This document shows positions 38,433 through 52,166 of a DNA stretch of 64,000 bases, piece after piece. Positions within the stretch are counted from its first letter, which is position 1, and the number at the start of each line of letters is the position of its first letter. The notes under the pieces are model-generated. The model was not told where the DNA came from. It saw only the letters and a list, made by a program, of their open reading frames with translations, and did no database searches. This stretch comes from Vitrella brassicaformis CCMP3155. Lineage: Eukaryota > Protista > Chromerida. Position numbers and translations under genes: made by a program. The stretch is taken from contig CDMY01000243.1 in assembly GCA_001179505.1 (NCBI GenBank), forward strand, positions 372,001 to 436,000, given 5' to 3'.

Positions 38433-38711
38433 GATGTATGTATGGATCAGCCGACAGCGGTTGTGGCTGCAGCCGCTGTAGATGGACTCTTCTCTCTATC
38501 ACCTCAGCTGCTATTTCAACACGACAACGCGGCAGAATCCGCACCTTTTTGCTTACTCACGTTTCTGAGCTCGCCATTTTAAGCTCGCAAAGAGCCGATC
38601 CCTGGGGTTTTGCCGTGCTTTGGACGGCCCAGGCACTCAGAGTCAACCCACGCAAGAAGGGCTCCTGCATCTTCGTCTGCTGCCACGGCATCTCTCTCTT
38701 GCGCACCTACC

Positions 38712-41297
38712 ATGAACGGCACGGCCAACGGGACGACCAATGGTTGCTGCCACGGCGGCCCAGGGTACGCCAGCCCCCTGGAGGCCATGCGCCAGGGACC
38801 GCGTGAGTCGATAGTGTACGTGACCTGCATCATGAAGCAGCAAGGCAAACCCGACTACCTCGCCACCGTCGACGTAGACCCCAACTCACACACATACTCA
38901 CAGGTCGGTACTGTACAGGGCTGCCTCTCACACAGCTCTAGGCAGCTGTGTGCTGTGTATTGTGTGTGCATGTCTGTCTGTCTGTCTGTCTGTCTGTGCA
39001 GGTGATATCCCGTGTGGTGATGCCCGAGGTGGGCGATGAGCTGCATCACTCGGGCTGGAACGCATGCTCGTCGTGCCACGGGGACAGCAGCAAGAAGCGC
39101 AACAGGCTGATCCTCCCAGCCCTGGGCTCGGGCAATATCATCATTGTCGACACCACCAACGAGAGGGACCCCAAAATACATAAAATCGTCTCAGGCGAGG
39201 TGCGTGCATGGGCATGGCCCGGCAAAACCGGCAACAATGGTCGACACAAGCATGCGCAAGCGTCATTTATGACGGTCGTTTGTGTGTGTGTGTGTGTGTG
39301 TGTTGTACGGCCTGCCCTGCCTACCTGGGTGTGTGTTGGCTGCAGGAGATAGCCAAGAAGGTCGGCCACCGCAACCCCCACACGACTCACTGCCTGGGTA
39401 GCGGCGAGGTCATGATCTCCGTCATGGGCGACGTGGACCACAACGCTAAGGGAGGTACGACGATGCGATGCCCGAGAATCAATCGACCATGTGTCCATTC
39501 ACCTACGCGTCACATACATCTGTCTTGTCTGTCTGTCCCTCAGGGTTCATCCTCCTTGACGGCGAGACGTTCGATCTCAAGGGCACCTGGTCCAAAGACA
39601 CCTCCTCCTTTGGATATGACTTCTGGTCAGTCACCAACCAATCGATGGAGGAAGGAATGGGCCAGCCAGGCGTATGGGTGCAGTGCATGTGTTGTGTGTG
39701 TGTGCATGTGCTGTGTGTGTGAAGGTACCAACCGAGGCACAATGTGATGATCTCCACTGAATGGGGTACAGTACACAGTATTCACGTACACTGAGTGCTG
39801 TCCTCGGTGACGACAAGAGGCATTCATTCACTGATCGATCCTTCCGTATGTGTGCTGTGCATCGATCGCATCCATCCATCCACCCACCAGGTTCCCCGAA
39901 TGCGTTCCTGAAGGGCTTCGACCCCGCCGACTGTGAGAAGGGCCTCTACGGCAGCTCCATCCACATATGGGACTGGACCAACAAAAGGTAGGTACTCCCT
40001 AAACGCCACGGTGAACACGCCCACGACGCGGACGGACCACTTAATGAATGCATCGTTTGTCTGTCTGCCTGTCCGTGTGTGTGTCAGGCTGGTTGCGTCG
40101 ATCGAGTTGGGTGCTGAGGGCATGATCCCCCTGGAGATCCGCTTCCTGCACGACCCCGCCAGCACCGAGTGCCTCTTCGTCGCAGCACTGTCCTCCAACG
40201 TCTTCAGGTGACTGACTGACCAAGTTAGCGAGCTGCATTGATGCTAGCTAGTGTGATGGGCTGTGTCGGTTGGTGTGGTGTGACTTGGTCAGGGTGCACA
40301 AGTCGGCGGAGGGCAAATGGGTGGCTGACAAGGTGATCGACGTCCCTAGCAAAAAGGTGGACGGCTGGGCCCTTCCGGAGATGCCTTCACTCATGACTGA
40401 CTGCCTCATCAGGTAGGGAGGGGAGGTCCACAAACCCATCCATCACAACACACAAGAGCCATGAGCTCCATCGTCTGACGTGTCATGTGCTGTGTGTTGT
40501 GTATGGCGTGGGCAGTCTTGACGACAGGTTCTTCTACGTGTCCAACTGGCTGCACGGTGACATCCGGCAGTACGACATCACGGACATCAGCAGCCCCAGG
40601 CTGGTGGGCCAGGTGTTCATCTCGGGCAGCATCGTCAAGGGCGGGGCCGTTGCCGTCACCGAGGACCCCGAGCTGGACAGCCAGCCGGAGCCGCTGTACG
40701 TCAAAGGCAAGAGGATCTACGGAGGGCCGCAGATGATACAACTGTCGCTCGGTGAGCGAGAGAGAAACAGACTGCCTGTACTGCCTGGGGTCACTCATTC
40801 ATTTTATCGTTCACATGCATTGAATATATTCGATGTGTGTGCGCTCGTGTGGTTTGCAGATGGGAAGCGTCTGTACGTGACGACCAGTCTGTTCAGCGTG
40901 TGGGACAAACAGTTCTATCCCGACATGGTCGACAAAGGTCAGTCAGTGGCGAACCATAACAGACATACACACGTACATACGGCCTGCCGGCCTCACCGGG
41001 TGGGGTGTCTCCGGGTGTGGTGTGTCTCTCCGTGCTGTCTTCAGGGTCAGTGATGCTGCAAGTTGACGTCGACAACGACAAGGGCGGCCTCACCATCAAC
41101 CAGAACTTCCTCGTCGACTTCGGTAGGTATACACACGCGAGCTCAATCGTCCACAGGATGAAGATAGACAGATGTGCATTTAATACGTGTGTGCGTGTGT
41201 GTGTGTGTGCATTGCAGGTGCCGAACCGTTCGGTCCTGCGTTAGCACACGAGGTGCGGTATCCTGGTGGCGACTGCACGTCAGACATATGGCTGTAG
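38712..41297 (+). CDS. SELENBP1: Selenium-binding protein 1 / methanethiol oxidase (SBP56 family)
   Basis: [88 protein letters not shown]; C-terminus [17 protein letters not shown]. Confidence 0.96.
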
Positions 41298-41402
41298 ACA
41301 CGACAGACAATGCGGCAGAGGGGGGCGGGGCCATGGGAGAGGAGGGGAGAGGTACTGGCTGCAGTCTGTATGTACATGCTGGAATGAATGGATGAATGGC
41401 AC

Positions 41403-41433
<31 letters not shown>

Positions 41434-42530
41434 GTCTGTATGTCTGTACAAAGGAGAGAGAGGTGTGTCGTGTCGCGGTTTCATGGACAGAAATGCATTC
41501 ATTCACCCCACTGCCCTCTGTATGTATGTACCACATGCGCTGGCCCTCTGTCTGTCCGTCTGTCTGTCTGTCTGTCTTCCTTCCGTCCATCCGTCCATCT
41601 ATCCATTCACATCTATCCCCCTCCCTCATCCATTGCATGCTGCTCTGCTTGGTGCGTCCATATGTTTCGTACACGTATGCTATGCACTAACTGCACGTGT
41701 CTCTCTATGCAGTATTCGGGGGGAAGCGCAACAGGCACCGCCGGCCGGCCTAGCATGTGTCTAGCTAGGTAGGCCTGTGTGTGGCAGGAGGGAGGGTCGT
41801 GTCGTGTGTATGACAGACACATATACCCCTGTGTGTGTGTGTGTGTGTGTGTGTGTATCCGATTTTTCCTCCTGGTCTGCCTGCCACGGAGGCGTATGTA
41901 TGTATGTTATGTATGTACTCAACTAACTACCTCCCATTCGTCCGCTCTTGCCACGCATGCATTGCATTGGATATCCATCCCTTTCCCAGCCGTCCTCAGT
42001 GGTGTTCCATCCGATGGCTGGCCGGGGAAGGAAGGGAGGAGACTCCAGTGCAGTCAGTGCACGCAGGAATGAATGGCCAAGAACGAAACTTTTTCATTGC
42101 CGGCTCGGCTGACTGCTCGCCGCCGGCCTTTCGTTCCACCGAAACACCACACCCCACCCGATGCCATGCCATGCGTGTGTCTATCGCATCGCTGAACGTT
42201 AAGTGTGTATGTACCTACCGTCCGTCAAGTCAATGCCATCCATGTGTATCCTATTTATCCCCCGGGTGTGTGTGTATGTTAACGCAGGCCAGCACTGACT
42301 GTCTGAAAAGGCAGTCAGTCAGTCAGAGCACTCACTGATCCAACTTGGTATTTTTGCCCGCTGTCCGTGCCGTGCCGTGCCGTGCCGTGCGTGTGTGTCA
42401 GACACACTAGTGAGTGGCTTTTTTAAGAAGGGTTTGCGACCTCGGTTGATTGAAACAAGTCAGTCAGTCAGTCCACAGACACCTCACGGACAGCTGTATG
42501 ACACGGATGGCTGCGCGTGTGTGGGTGTGT

Positions 42531-44330
42531 TTATGCGGTCGTCACGTTGCACCACGGTCTGTCTGGTGCGTTGTAGCAGGCCAGGTCGGGGGGCTTGCTG
42601 TTGAATATGACAGTGCTGCCCTCTGTGGTCCCCAAGTTCTGCACACACACACCAAACGCACACAGCACAGCACAGACAGCACAGAGAGAGGGGCAGAAGG
42701 CAGTGTCTTTTTCACATGGCGAAGACGTCGATGCATGGATATGTGTGTGCCGTGTGTGTGTGGATCAATCAATCAATCATTACACCCCACCCCACCCTAC
42801 CTGCAACCATATGTACGTCATGAGCCCTCTTGACGTCAAATCCACCTGAATGAAGACACACAACCAGACCAGACCCCACATTTCACAGCCAGTCAGCTTC
42901 CCTCCTCCTTGGCCCATGCACGCAAGAGACACGCATTGATGCTGCCGCCTCTGTATACGTACGTACGTTGTCTTTGAGTGTGGTGTAGCTCGTAATTTCT
43001 GCCGAGATCTGCGAGACGAATACGTTGCGTTCCGTGGCGAGGGACTGCTCGATGGCATTGACCTGTCCCTCCTTCTTGTTGAGCTCCGTCCTGGCGTCCT
43101 CGTCGGCCCTGTTCCTGGTGTTCTCGGCTGCCTGCTGCGCATCCTTCCTGCACCCATACACACATACATACATACATGGACACGTCTGTGTGTCTGTCTA
43201 TCTTCCCTCCCTCCCTCCCTCCCTCCCTGGCTCCCTGCCTCCTTGCCCTTGCACAGGGTCACTCTCACTTGTCGAAATCCGCTTGAATAGCGAGCAGTCG
43301 AGCCTTTGATTGTAATGTCGACCGACCAGGCCAGGCAGTACAAAGAAAAGCGGCCAAGCCGAGAAAGAAGGTGTGTCCTTTGATCCAGACTGCTGGCTGG
43401 TGATACATACATACAGTAAGTACCTGCTCTGTCTCGTCGAGTGCGGCGTCGAATTTCTCGGGCAGCGTGACGCTGAGGAGCTGCAGCTGGTTGACCCGGG
43501 CGTGGTGCTTGTCCAGACTGGCCCCCAGCTGCCGCGTCATCTCCTGCTGGACGAAGGTGCGATTGAGGAAGATGTCGTAGGCGTCATACTGTGAGGCCAC
43601 GTCACGCAACACGTCCCGGGACACCCTGGCGTAGATACCTGCCATGCCACGCCACGCCACGCCACCATCATGGATGATAGGATGCAATGGATGCATCAAT
43701 GGAAGTCTGGATGGATGGATGGATGGCATGGTCGCGACAGTGCGGAGCGGACGTGTTAGCTAGTTGTGTTGCATACCCTCGTAGTTCTCCCCAAAGTCAT
43801 AGTAGAGGGCGAGTACCTCCGGTAGGACATCTTTCAGCCTACAGGCAGGCAGGCAGATTGAACAGCATGCATTCGCATGCACGTTGTTCTGTTTGTTCCT
43901 TGCTTCCGTCCTTCCTGTGCAAGTACTGGTATTGGTAAGTGATGCCCAGGACAACGCGCAGACCGTCCTTGGTGCGGCAGGGCAGATGGTTTTTGCCGGT
44001 CAGGCTCACTGTCCGCTGCTCCTTCGGGAACCTGAACTCACTCAGTGCACCAGGCATTGCAGCCACCCCACCACCCATAGCCATTCATATGGTGGGTCCG
44101 TCACGGCCGTGTTCCCTCACTGACTTGATGAATCTGTGTCCGGGTCCTATCATGTGCCTGCCATTCATCCACAGCTTGTCCTCGTTGATCTTGACGCTCA
44201 CCCCGTCATACCGCAGGCCCATCTCGGTCTGACCCAGCGTTGAAAAGGATACGCCAATGAGCGTGGCAATTGTTATAACGATGCATAACACACAGCAACC
44301 CGAGCATATGAGCACTGCTTTGCTCGCCAT
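42531..44330 (-). CDS. SPFH / Band-7 (prohibitin-like) membrane protein
   Basis: N-terminal TM followed by STLGQTEMGLRYD, GRHMIGPGHRFIKFP, CRTKDGLRVVLGITYQY, RDVLRDVASQYDAYDIFLNR, VNQLQLLSVTLPEKFDAAL and a coiled coil. Confidence 0.85.
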
Positions 44331-44831
44331 GGTGCCCGCGCTTCGCTGCCACTCTGTAAATTCTTGTAAATTCGAGGGAAGAGGGCAGTCGACCAGCGCT
44401 AAAGCAGCGCACCACCGGCGCAGCCCTCCCCACCCCCCGTGGCTCCGCCATTTCTTCCTTCCCCCCTTCCAATGCCCACCTTCATGCTCTTGCCGCCGGC
44501 CCCCGTATTCAACATATATATCGGCCCCTTCCCTCCGCCGTTCACGTGCCTGTCGGCATCATCCCTCCCGCCATCTCCTCCGCCGACACCGCCGCGCCTC
44601 TCGTCAGGGCCGCCCGTCTCACCCGAGCAGCTGCCGGTGAGGGCACAGAGTGGGGCATTCCACCACATCACGTCACAGCCTAGCCTCTCTCTCTCTCTGT
44701 GTGTCGGTGGGAGGACTCAGAGGATGGCCCAGGATGGGTTGATCAGTCAGTCAGTCAGTCAATCGGTCTGTGGCTGTCTGTGGGCGTGGCGTGTCTATTG
44801 GCTGGCTATCCCCCCCGGTGATCTGTTTGTT

Positions 44832-47569
44832 CTATCCGTCCCTGGTCTCCACCGAGCCCCCCACTAAGAGGGTGCTAGGCTGTGCAAAGCACTCCAGGAG
44901 GTGCTTGAGGATGCTGGGGTGCCGGTCCAGCCGACGCCAGTCCTCAGTGCCGCTCACCTCACCGTACTTGCCGCAAATGAAACGAGCCGCCGATTCCTTG
45001 AGCCTCGGCTCATTGTGCCTACACAGTTACCAAACAATCGAATATATATTGAGGCGACAGACGCTCGCACACACGCAAGGAAAGGGTTTGGTTCCATCCA
45101 CCCACGTACCTGCCTACCTATCTGCCTCGATGAGCACCCGCACGACCGAGTCTGGCCGCATGTTGCGCTCCAACACCGACGCACACTTGAGCTTCAGACC
45201 CTGCAACGCATACCTGCACAGACACACACACACTCGGCATCGACGGTATACACCGGTCCTCCCTTGGTTGGATCTGTGTCTGTGTGTATCCCATCACTGA
45301 CTTGTCCGCAGCTTGGAAGAGCGCCAGGACGGAGTCGAAGGGCAGCGGCTGCTGGGTGACCTCATCACAACTACAGCCAGGCGGACACACAGGCATCCAC
45401 CCGTGCGTACAGGCGGAGGATGGATGGGTGGGTGGGCGATTGCCTGTTGGCTGGCCCGGCCCATCTGTCCCACACCACCACCGAGTTCATTCCTTACCTT
45501 TCTGTGTATATGTATTTGAGGAGCGACTGGATGGTCTCCGGTGTGTCCCAGAGGTGCACCGTGCCCATCGACGACTCCTCAAAGCGACCACCAAACATTG
45601 CAGCAAACACCTGCAGTGCACACACGGACAGACAGACAGACAGACAGACGCCAGCACACAACACGCAACAACACAACCATGATTGCATTGCACCTACGGG
45701 TTGATGGGTGCACGTGAGCAGGGAGGGGGACAGTGTGATTGATGTGAGGGGCGTGTGTGGTGTGCAAATGTCACTGCCTCCCTGCCTCCCCTGCCGACCT
45801 ACCGTGGATCTGGCTGCGAGTATGCATTTATGTGCTCTGAATTGGTGTCCTTCGGTCACGAGTGTGATGTCACTGTAGGATGCCATGGAGGACTCGCTCT
45901 CGCGAGGCACCAGCCACCTGTAGCCATACAGACAGACATAAACCACACAGGCACACATCACACAACCAACACAACTACAGCTGGCCGGACGATAGGCTCC
46001 ATCATCGTGCCTTGGTGTGTATGTATGTGGCGTGGCGGACCTCAAGTCTTGGCTGATGGTCTCTGGATTGGCTTTGGGTGCGGGTGGCTCGGCAGTGGGC
46101 TCGTGCTCGCAATCTACACGTGTACCCAAGTCAGTCGGATGGGAGGGAGGGAGGTGGGAGTTAGGACATTATAATCATAAACGTGGCCGGCTGGGCCGAT
46201 TGGTATGGAATGTCGCGTTTCTGAGTGGCCTGCCTTACCTGGTATGACGGCTATCTCGCACTTGAGGCGAAAGGTGTCCTCCAAAATGTACTCATTCCAC
46301 TGATCAGCTGCAGCCATACATCCATCCATCCCATGCAATGCACAAACAACACTTCAGAGGCTGCCTGGCTGGTTGGTCTCAGCTCGATGGCCCGTCGGCG
46401 GGCAGGTAGGTACCTACCTGTGAGGAACTGTGAGAATCCGCGATTGGACTCTTTGCCCTCGTTGTGGGAGAACTTCCTCAAACGCGTCTGCATGCGGGTC
46501 TCACTTACTGCAGGCAACACAACACAACACAACGCAACACGCAAACCAGCACGTGTGTAGTTTACTGGTTGGTTGGTTTGTTTGTGGTGTGGTGTGGTGT
46601 GCTGCCTCACTCACTGACTGACTGAACCCCCCAGCGCAGTGACTTAAGTACTTTCGTTGTGTTGTGGGTCGAGGCACACAAATGCGCACTTGGCGACGAC
46701 ATCGCTGTGGGTCATGAGGTGGGCAAACACCGACACGCAACCCTGGTTCTCACTACCTGCAACGCCAACGCCACCCAGTGGAGGGAGGGAGGGATGCATG
46801 GATTGACACGCACGACAATCGATCTTGCTGCCGGCTGTCTCTCTCTCTCGGCGTTGGCTTGACTGGTGTATGTGGTGTGTGAACAGGGCTGACTGACCGC
46901 CCTCGCCACTGGGCCAGACGCAGATGGACCACTTGCCCACATCCTCCCTCGCCGCTATTGTCGCGTCCGCCCCGCCCATACTCTCATTGCCATCTTCACC
47001 CCCGTTGCCCGCCATGTGGCCGCGTGAGGGCACCAGCTCCGTGGTCGACCCACTGCCGGCCGCCCCTGCTGCAGCCGCGGCGGCGGCGGCGGCCGGCGGT
47101 GTGGTGCTGATCTCGTTGCCATCGCCATCACTACTGCCGTCCCCGCCTGCCGGCTCCGTGGGGAACGTGGGACTAAACAACCTGCTCAGCTCAGCCAGCC
47201 GAACACGCCACAAAAGACAATTCCACGAGCAGGGATGAATCTGCCGGTCGTGTGTTGTCGTGTGATGCCTGCCTGCCTGCCCGCCCAGCTCCCTACCTAC
47301 CTACCTGTCGTCCTCCCCGACTTGCTCGGCAGTCGCCCGGGCGCGGAGAAGGGAAAAGTTCTTGATCTCCCATCTGATCAATAGACCAGGCCATGGCATA
47401 CACGCGGCACACAGGCAACCATTCATTCCTCAAGCATACATGTGATGTGATCTGTATGCATCTTCGTTGGCTGGCGGCCTCACACGTATGAGATTTGCAG
47501 CTCGTTGGTCACCGTGATGCAGTCAACGCGCAACCGCCGTTTCTTCTCAGGGCGCGTCCCCTCATCCAT
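44832..47569 (-). CDS. MATH-BTB/POZ (SPOP/BPM-like) Cullin3 adaptor
   Basis: MATH: ISYVWEIKNFS, GKWSICVWPSG, NRGFSQFL, YILEDTFRLKCEIAV. BTB: YSDITLVTEGHQFRAHKCILAARS-VFAAMF, LLKYIYT, LFQAADKY.LQGLKLKC. The internal exon structure is partly uncertain. Confidence 0.85.
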
Positions 47570-47752
47570 CTATCACCGCGGTGCCCCGGTTTTTTGCATT
47601 TCACAATGAAGCTCGCAAATTGCGTCAAATCGTGAAACCGCTCTCTCCCTCGTCACTCGCGCTGCCTCCGAAATCGAGGACAGCGAGGACAACATGAGGC
47701 GGCGGAGGCGCGCATAAGAACGGGTCAGAAAACCGCGGGCAGTTCCTGACAG
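47570..47752. promoter_or_regulatory. Putative bidirectional promoter (183 nt) between the MATH-BTB and CCCH genes, containing CGTGAAAC
   Basis: Divergent ATGs at 47569 and 47753; motif at 47631-47638. Confidence 0.5.
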
Positions 47753-50700
47753 ATGAGTGACAAACGAATCTGCCGCTTCTTCCTCAACGGGTCAGACACA
47801 CACCACTCACCCGCTGGATTGACATCAGCCAGCCACTGTTGCCCTGTGTGTGTGTTTGTGTGTACGTGTTGCAGGTTCTGCAGGGAAGGCGAATCATGCC
47901 CCTACTCTCACGACGTAGGAAACACAAACCACCGATGGATAGACGGATTGCCTGCAGGCCTTGCTGCCAGCCTCTCCCGCTCACCGACTGTTTGTTTCTC
48001 TGTGTTCTTGTGTGAATTGCTTTGTTTGTCCCCCCTCCCTTCGTCCGTCGTCCGTCCCTCCCTGGCTGCCACATAACATACAAACAACCATCCACCCGTG
48101 CTGTAGGTCAAGTCGGTGGGTCGCAGGAGCGAGGTGACGGGCATCAAGGTGGGGATGGACGCCCGCAAGCGGTACATAGAGGCGCGCAACGAGACGACGG
48201 GGGCGCTGCGTGAGTTTGCTGACTATGGCGAGGCGGCCGAGGCGCTGGGTGTGGACCAGAGTCAGGTCATCATCAAGGTCGCCGCCCGCAACCACCGCGA
48301 CAAGATCCTCAAGATCAAAGGAGACGAGTGGACATTCACCGAGATACACACCGACAAGAGGTCCCACCAACAGCTCACCAACGGCTCATCGGCCGCTGGT
48401 GGCCCCACTCCCCGGGACCGACCGGACCGAGACCGGTTGGAACGGGACCGGGACCGTAATCGGGACCGGTCGGACCGGGAAAGCGACCTGGTGGCGAGTA
48501 GCTCACGGCCCAAGCTGCCTCTGCCCCATCTGACTCCACCCCTCCCACGCAGGGACGGCCGCCGGGGCGACGACCCACCGCGGCGAGGGGAGGACCCCCG
48601 CAGCCGGCCGCAGCTCATGAGGTTGGGCGACAGGAGCCGGTCTGGTGGGGCCTATAGCAGCAGAGGCCCGCCAGACGACCGAGACCGCGTTATGGTGAGG
48701 GACGACAGGGACAGACTGGACCGACAGGGCGCTGGCCCGGGTCCCCCCTCGTCGGCGAGGATAAGGGATCGCGAGCCGCAAGAGCCCCTTCCTCCCCCGA
48801 CAGGGAGGCGCCGGGCGCTGGGCGACGGTCCTGGTGGCCAGTCGGGCCGAGATGTGATGGTGGGTGACGCAGGGCGTCGGGGCATGGCGGACCGAAGAGG
48901 CAGGGAGGATGGGCAGGGCGGGCGGGAGACGCCCAAGGCATACGACAGGGAGAGGAGGGAGGACTCTGCCGATATGACGGGGGCGGGGCAGCAGAATCGG
49001 GGGGCTGATGGCGACAGCAGATCTGGCCAGGCCTCGCTCAAGCGGAAGCAGGATGACCGAGATGTGAGTGACCAGGACATGGACGTCAGCAGAGTGCTGG
49101 GGCTGCCTACCGTGCTGGGCGATGCACTCAAGGCGCTGCTCAAGGGTCCACCAGCAATCATCGAGGACGACAAGAGCACGGCTGCCGAGGCGGCCCGATC
49201 GTCCGAGAGGCACGTCGTCTCGTTGAGCCCTGTGGAGGTCATCCGGTGCTCCATCCTGCAGACCCTGCGATCAAAGGGCGGCTGGGGGGTGGAGGCCGGG
49301 CCCGCCATCAAGAGGGCAGCCGGGCCGGACGGCGATGCTGTCGCTGTGCCCTTCAATGGGAAGCAGAGGCCCAACGCCATCCTGCCGCTCTTGACGTTTG
49401 GCGAGCTGCCCTTCCACCTGTACGAGTCACGGGCGGCGCATGAGGAGGGCCGACCCTGGCAGGAGTCACCCCAACCACCGCCAGCAGCAGCAGCAGTAGC
49501 AGCAGCAACGGCAGGAGGAGAAGCCAAGATGGACACGTCAGAGAGTGCAGGTGGAATTCCACCTGTCAGTGCTGACACTCTGGTAGCCTGGCTGATTGAC
49601 GAGCCCGAGCGAAACGTTCGGCTTCGCATCACTCTGGGTGCTGATGTGCCTCTAATGATCCCCAAGGGCTCAGCGGCACCTGCTGCTGCCGCCGCTGCTG
49701 CAGCATCGTCGGCATCACCGTCACCGTCAGCGTCAGCAAGGGATGGCGAGGTTCTGGTCAAGGCGGGCGGTTTGTGGTGTTTCCTCTACCATGAGTGTCG
49801 GCGCATGACGTACGATCAGGACGCCATCGCATCCAAGGGCTACGAGTTCGTGGAGGGCGACGCGCAGAAGGCTGTCCGTGAGGTGCTGTGGGGCAGACAC
49901 GAGCCGACCTTGCCAGCAGGCCACACCGTAGCAGCGGAGGTTGATTTCGTCGACAGATGTGGCCGTCCGGCCTTGCCCCCCGCCGCGTCGAGTGTGCCCA
50001 CCCCTGAGCCATCCCCTATCTCAAGCCTGCCTGGCATCAATCCACCTCTGGGCGGTGCCTCTCCAGCTCGTGGGGAGTCGGGCCTGCCGTCGCTGTCGCC
50101 ATCTGGGTCGCCCACCCCTGGTGGCACCGGTGGCGAGGGTGCGGAGAGCGGTGCGTCGCAGGACAACGCCCCCTGCATGCAGTGTGCATGGTTCCAGAAC
50201 GAGCTGGAGAGGAAGGTCACACTCATCAACCAACTCAGGGAACAAAGGTAAGTAGGCAGGGAGCGAGAAAGGGAGAAAGGGAGACAAGACAACTAACTAG
50301 CAAGAGAGACAGACAGGGAGGGAGGGAGGTGTACTCAGCGACAGCTGTATGTGTCCCGTCTGTCTGTCTGTCTGTCTGTGTGTCTGTTAACGAACCGAGT
50401 AGTGCGAGTGATGAGCGTGCGACAGTAGGCGAGTACGAGAAGAAGCTGCGGTCGCTGACTGAGGCCCTCGAGCAGGAGAGGGAGTAAGCCAGGCCAGGCC
50501 AGCCAGGAAGGGAGCAAGGAGATGCATCTGCATCACATCACATACACACATCTGTGGGCGTGGGCGTGTGTGACTTACTGTGTGTAGGCGTGGTCAGAGG
50601 TTGTCTAGGAGTCTCGACAAGACCGAGCAGGAGTTGGCCGACAAGACTCAACAGCTCGCCACTGCACAACAGGACGTTGCTGCACGCACGCTAGACTAGT

Positions 50701-52166
50701 AAGCACGCCCTGCCACACCACCACCTTATGGAGGGGGCGCGCATATGTGACGTACGTACGTCACTTCTTGTCATGGTGCCTGCCTGCCTGCCTGCAGCAA
50801 GCGGCTGCTGGCCAAGCACGATCTGGAAACGCAGAAACACGCCAAGTGAGGATGATTTCTATCCCATCGATGAGGGATGACGAGCCCAGCCAGCCTTGCA
50901 AGGGAGTAAAGTGCCAATGTTTTTTTGTGCGGCGTGCGTCTGCGTGTCCGTCCGTGTGTGTCAGGCTGAGTGACGAGTTGAAGGAGACGCAGGATCGGCT
51001 GCAGGCCGCGGAGAACCAAAACAGGTGGGTAATGATTGTCGTGCACTGAGAGGGAGGGAGGGAGGAGTGGCAACCAGGCAGACAGGCAGGCAGAGGCAGC
51101 GAATCAATGAGGTGGATAGACGAGCGAGTAAGGGAGGCATCAGATTGCTGTGGGCGGGTGAGGCAGGAGGCAGGTATGGTTGGTAATATTGGTTGCCACC
51201 CGTCCACCCATCCATCGGGCTGGCTGGGCTGGGCTGCTCTCTATCTACTCAATAATCTATCTCCTACTGCCCTCTCTGAGTGCATTGATTGCGGCGAGGC
51301 GAGCGAGACGAGGCAGCGCAGCAAGCCATCCATTCAGAGCGTATTTATTATCTATCATCCATCCCATTATCCATCATCAAGGGTGCCTTGCCTGCCCACC
51401 TGCCTTGGTCAATCATGATGGTGGCTGTTGTCCTTGCTGTCCTTCTTCATGTGTGGCGTACCCTACCTGCCTACCTACACTACCACCGCCAGGTCATCGG
51501 CTACGACATCCGCTCAGGCCGGCCAAACAAATGCAGGACCACAACAGCAGCAACGGCAAGGGGAGGGCGGAGCGGCGGCAGCTGCAGCAGCTGGTGGTGG
51601 TAATGGTGGTAGCGGTGTGTCCCAACAAACGCAGCAGCCACCCCCGGTAGCGCCGACCAGCAATGATGGGTCTGACGCAGCGGCAGCAAGGTGTGTCTGT
51701 GCGAGGGTGGGCGAGTGGGTGGATGGACGGATGATGGTCCGGTCCGTCTACATAAATTACATCCACGGAGAGAGAGAGAGAAAGACAGTCTGCGTACGTA
51801 TGTCTCAGGCCTGTCTGTCTCTGTCTGTCTGTTTGTTTGTGTGGTCGAATGTTTGTGTGTGTCTGTATCCGTCGTCCGTCCGTCGGTCGTCAGTTTCGAG
51901 CGTGAGATATCGGATGCGTACGTGCGTCATCAGCAGCAGTGCGAGCAGATGCAACTCATCTACCACGAACAGTAAGCAAGCAAGGCAGCAAGGCAGGAAG
52001 GAACCATCCTACCAGTGACGCCAGCACATCTCGTGTGTGTGTGTGTAGGTTGAGTGAGCGTGACCACCGTCTTCAGCAGCTGCACGAGCAGCTGCAGTGG
52101 CTGCCCCGCCCCCCAGCCCCCAACATGCCACCGCCGCATCGCATACCCGCACCCTTCAGACCATAG
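47753..52166 (+). CDS. CCCH zinc finger + NUMOD1-like HTH + RD/RG-rich region + C-terminal coiled coil
   Basis: Spliced MSDKRICRFFLNGFCREGESCPYSHD (C-x7-C-x5-C-x3-H), the long exon 48108-50247, then several coiled-coil exons up to PPPHRIPAPFRP*. Confidence 0.75.

Noticed and set aside
48652-49761. Long antisense ORFs (e.g. 369 aa here; also 55-1152, 9549-10097, 37316-37828)
   Set aside because: They are shadows of GC-rich coding exons on the opposite strand and have no independent domain or splice evidence.
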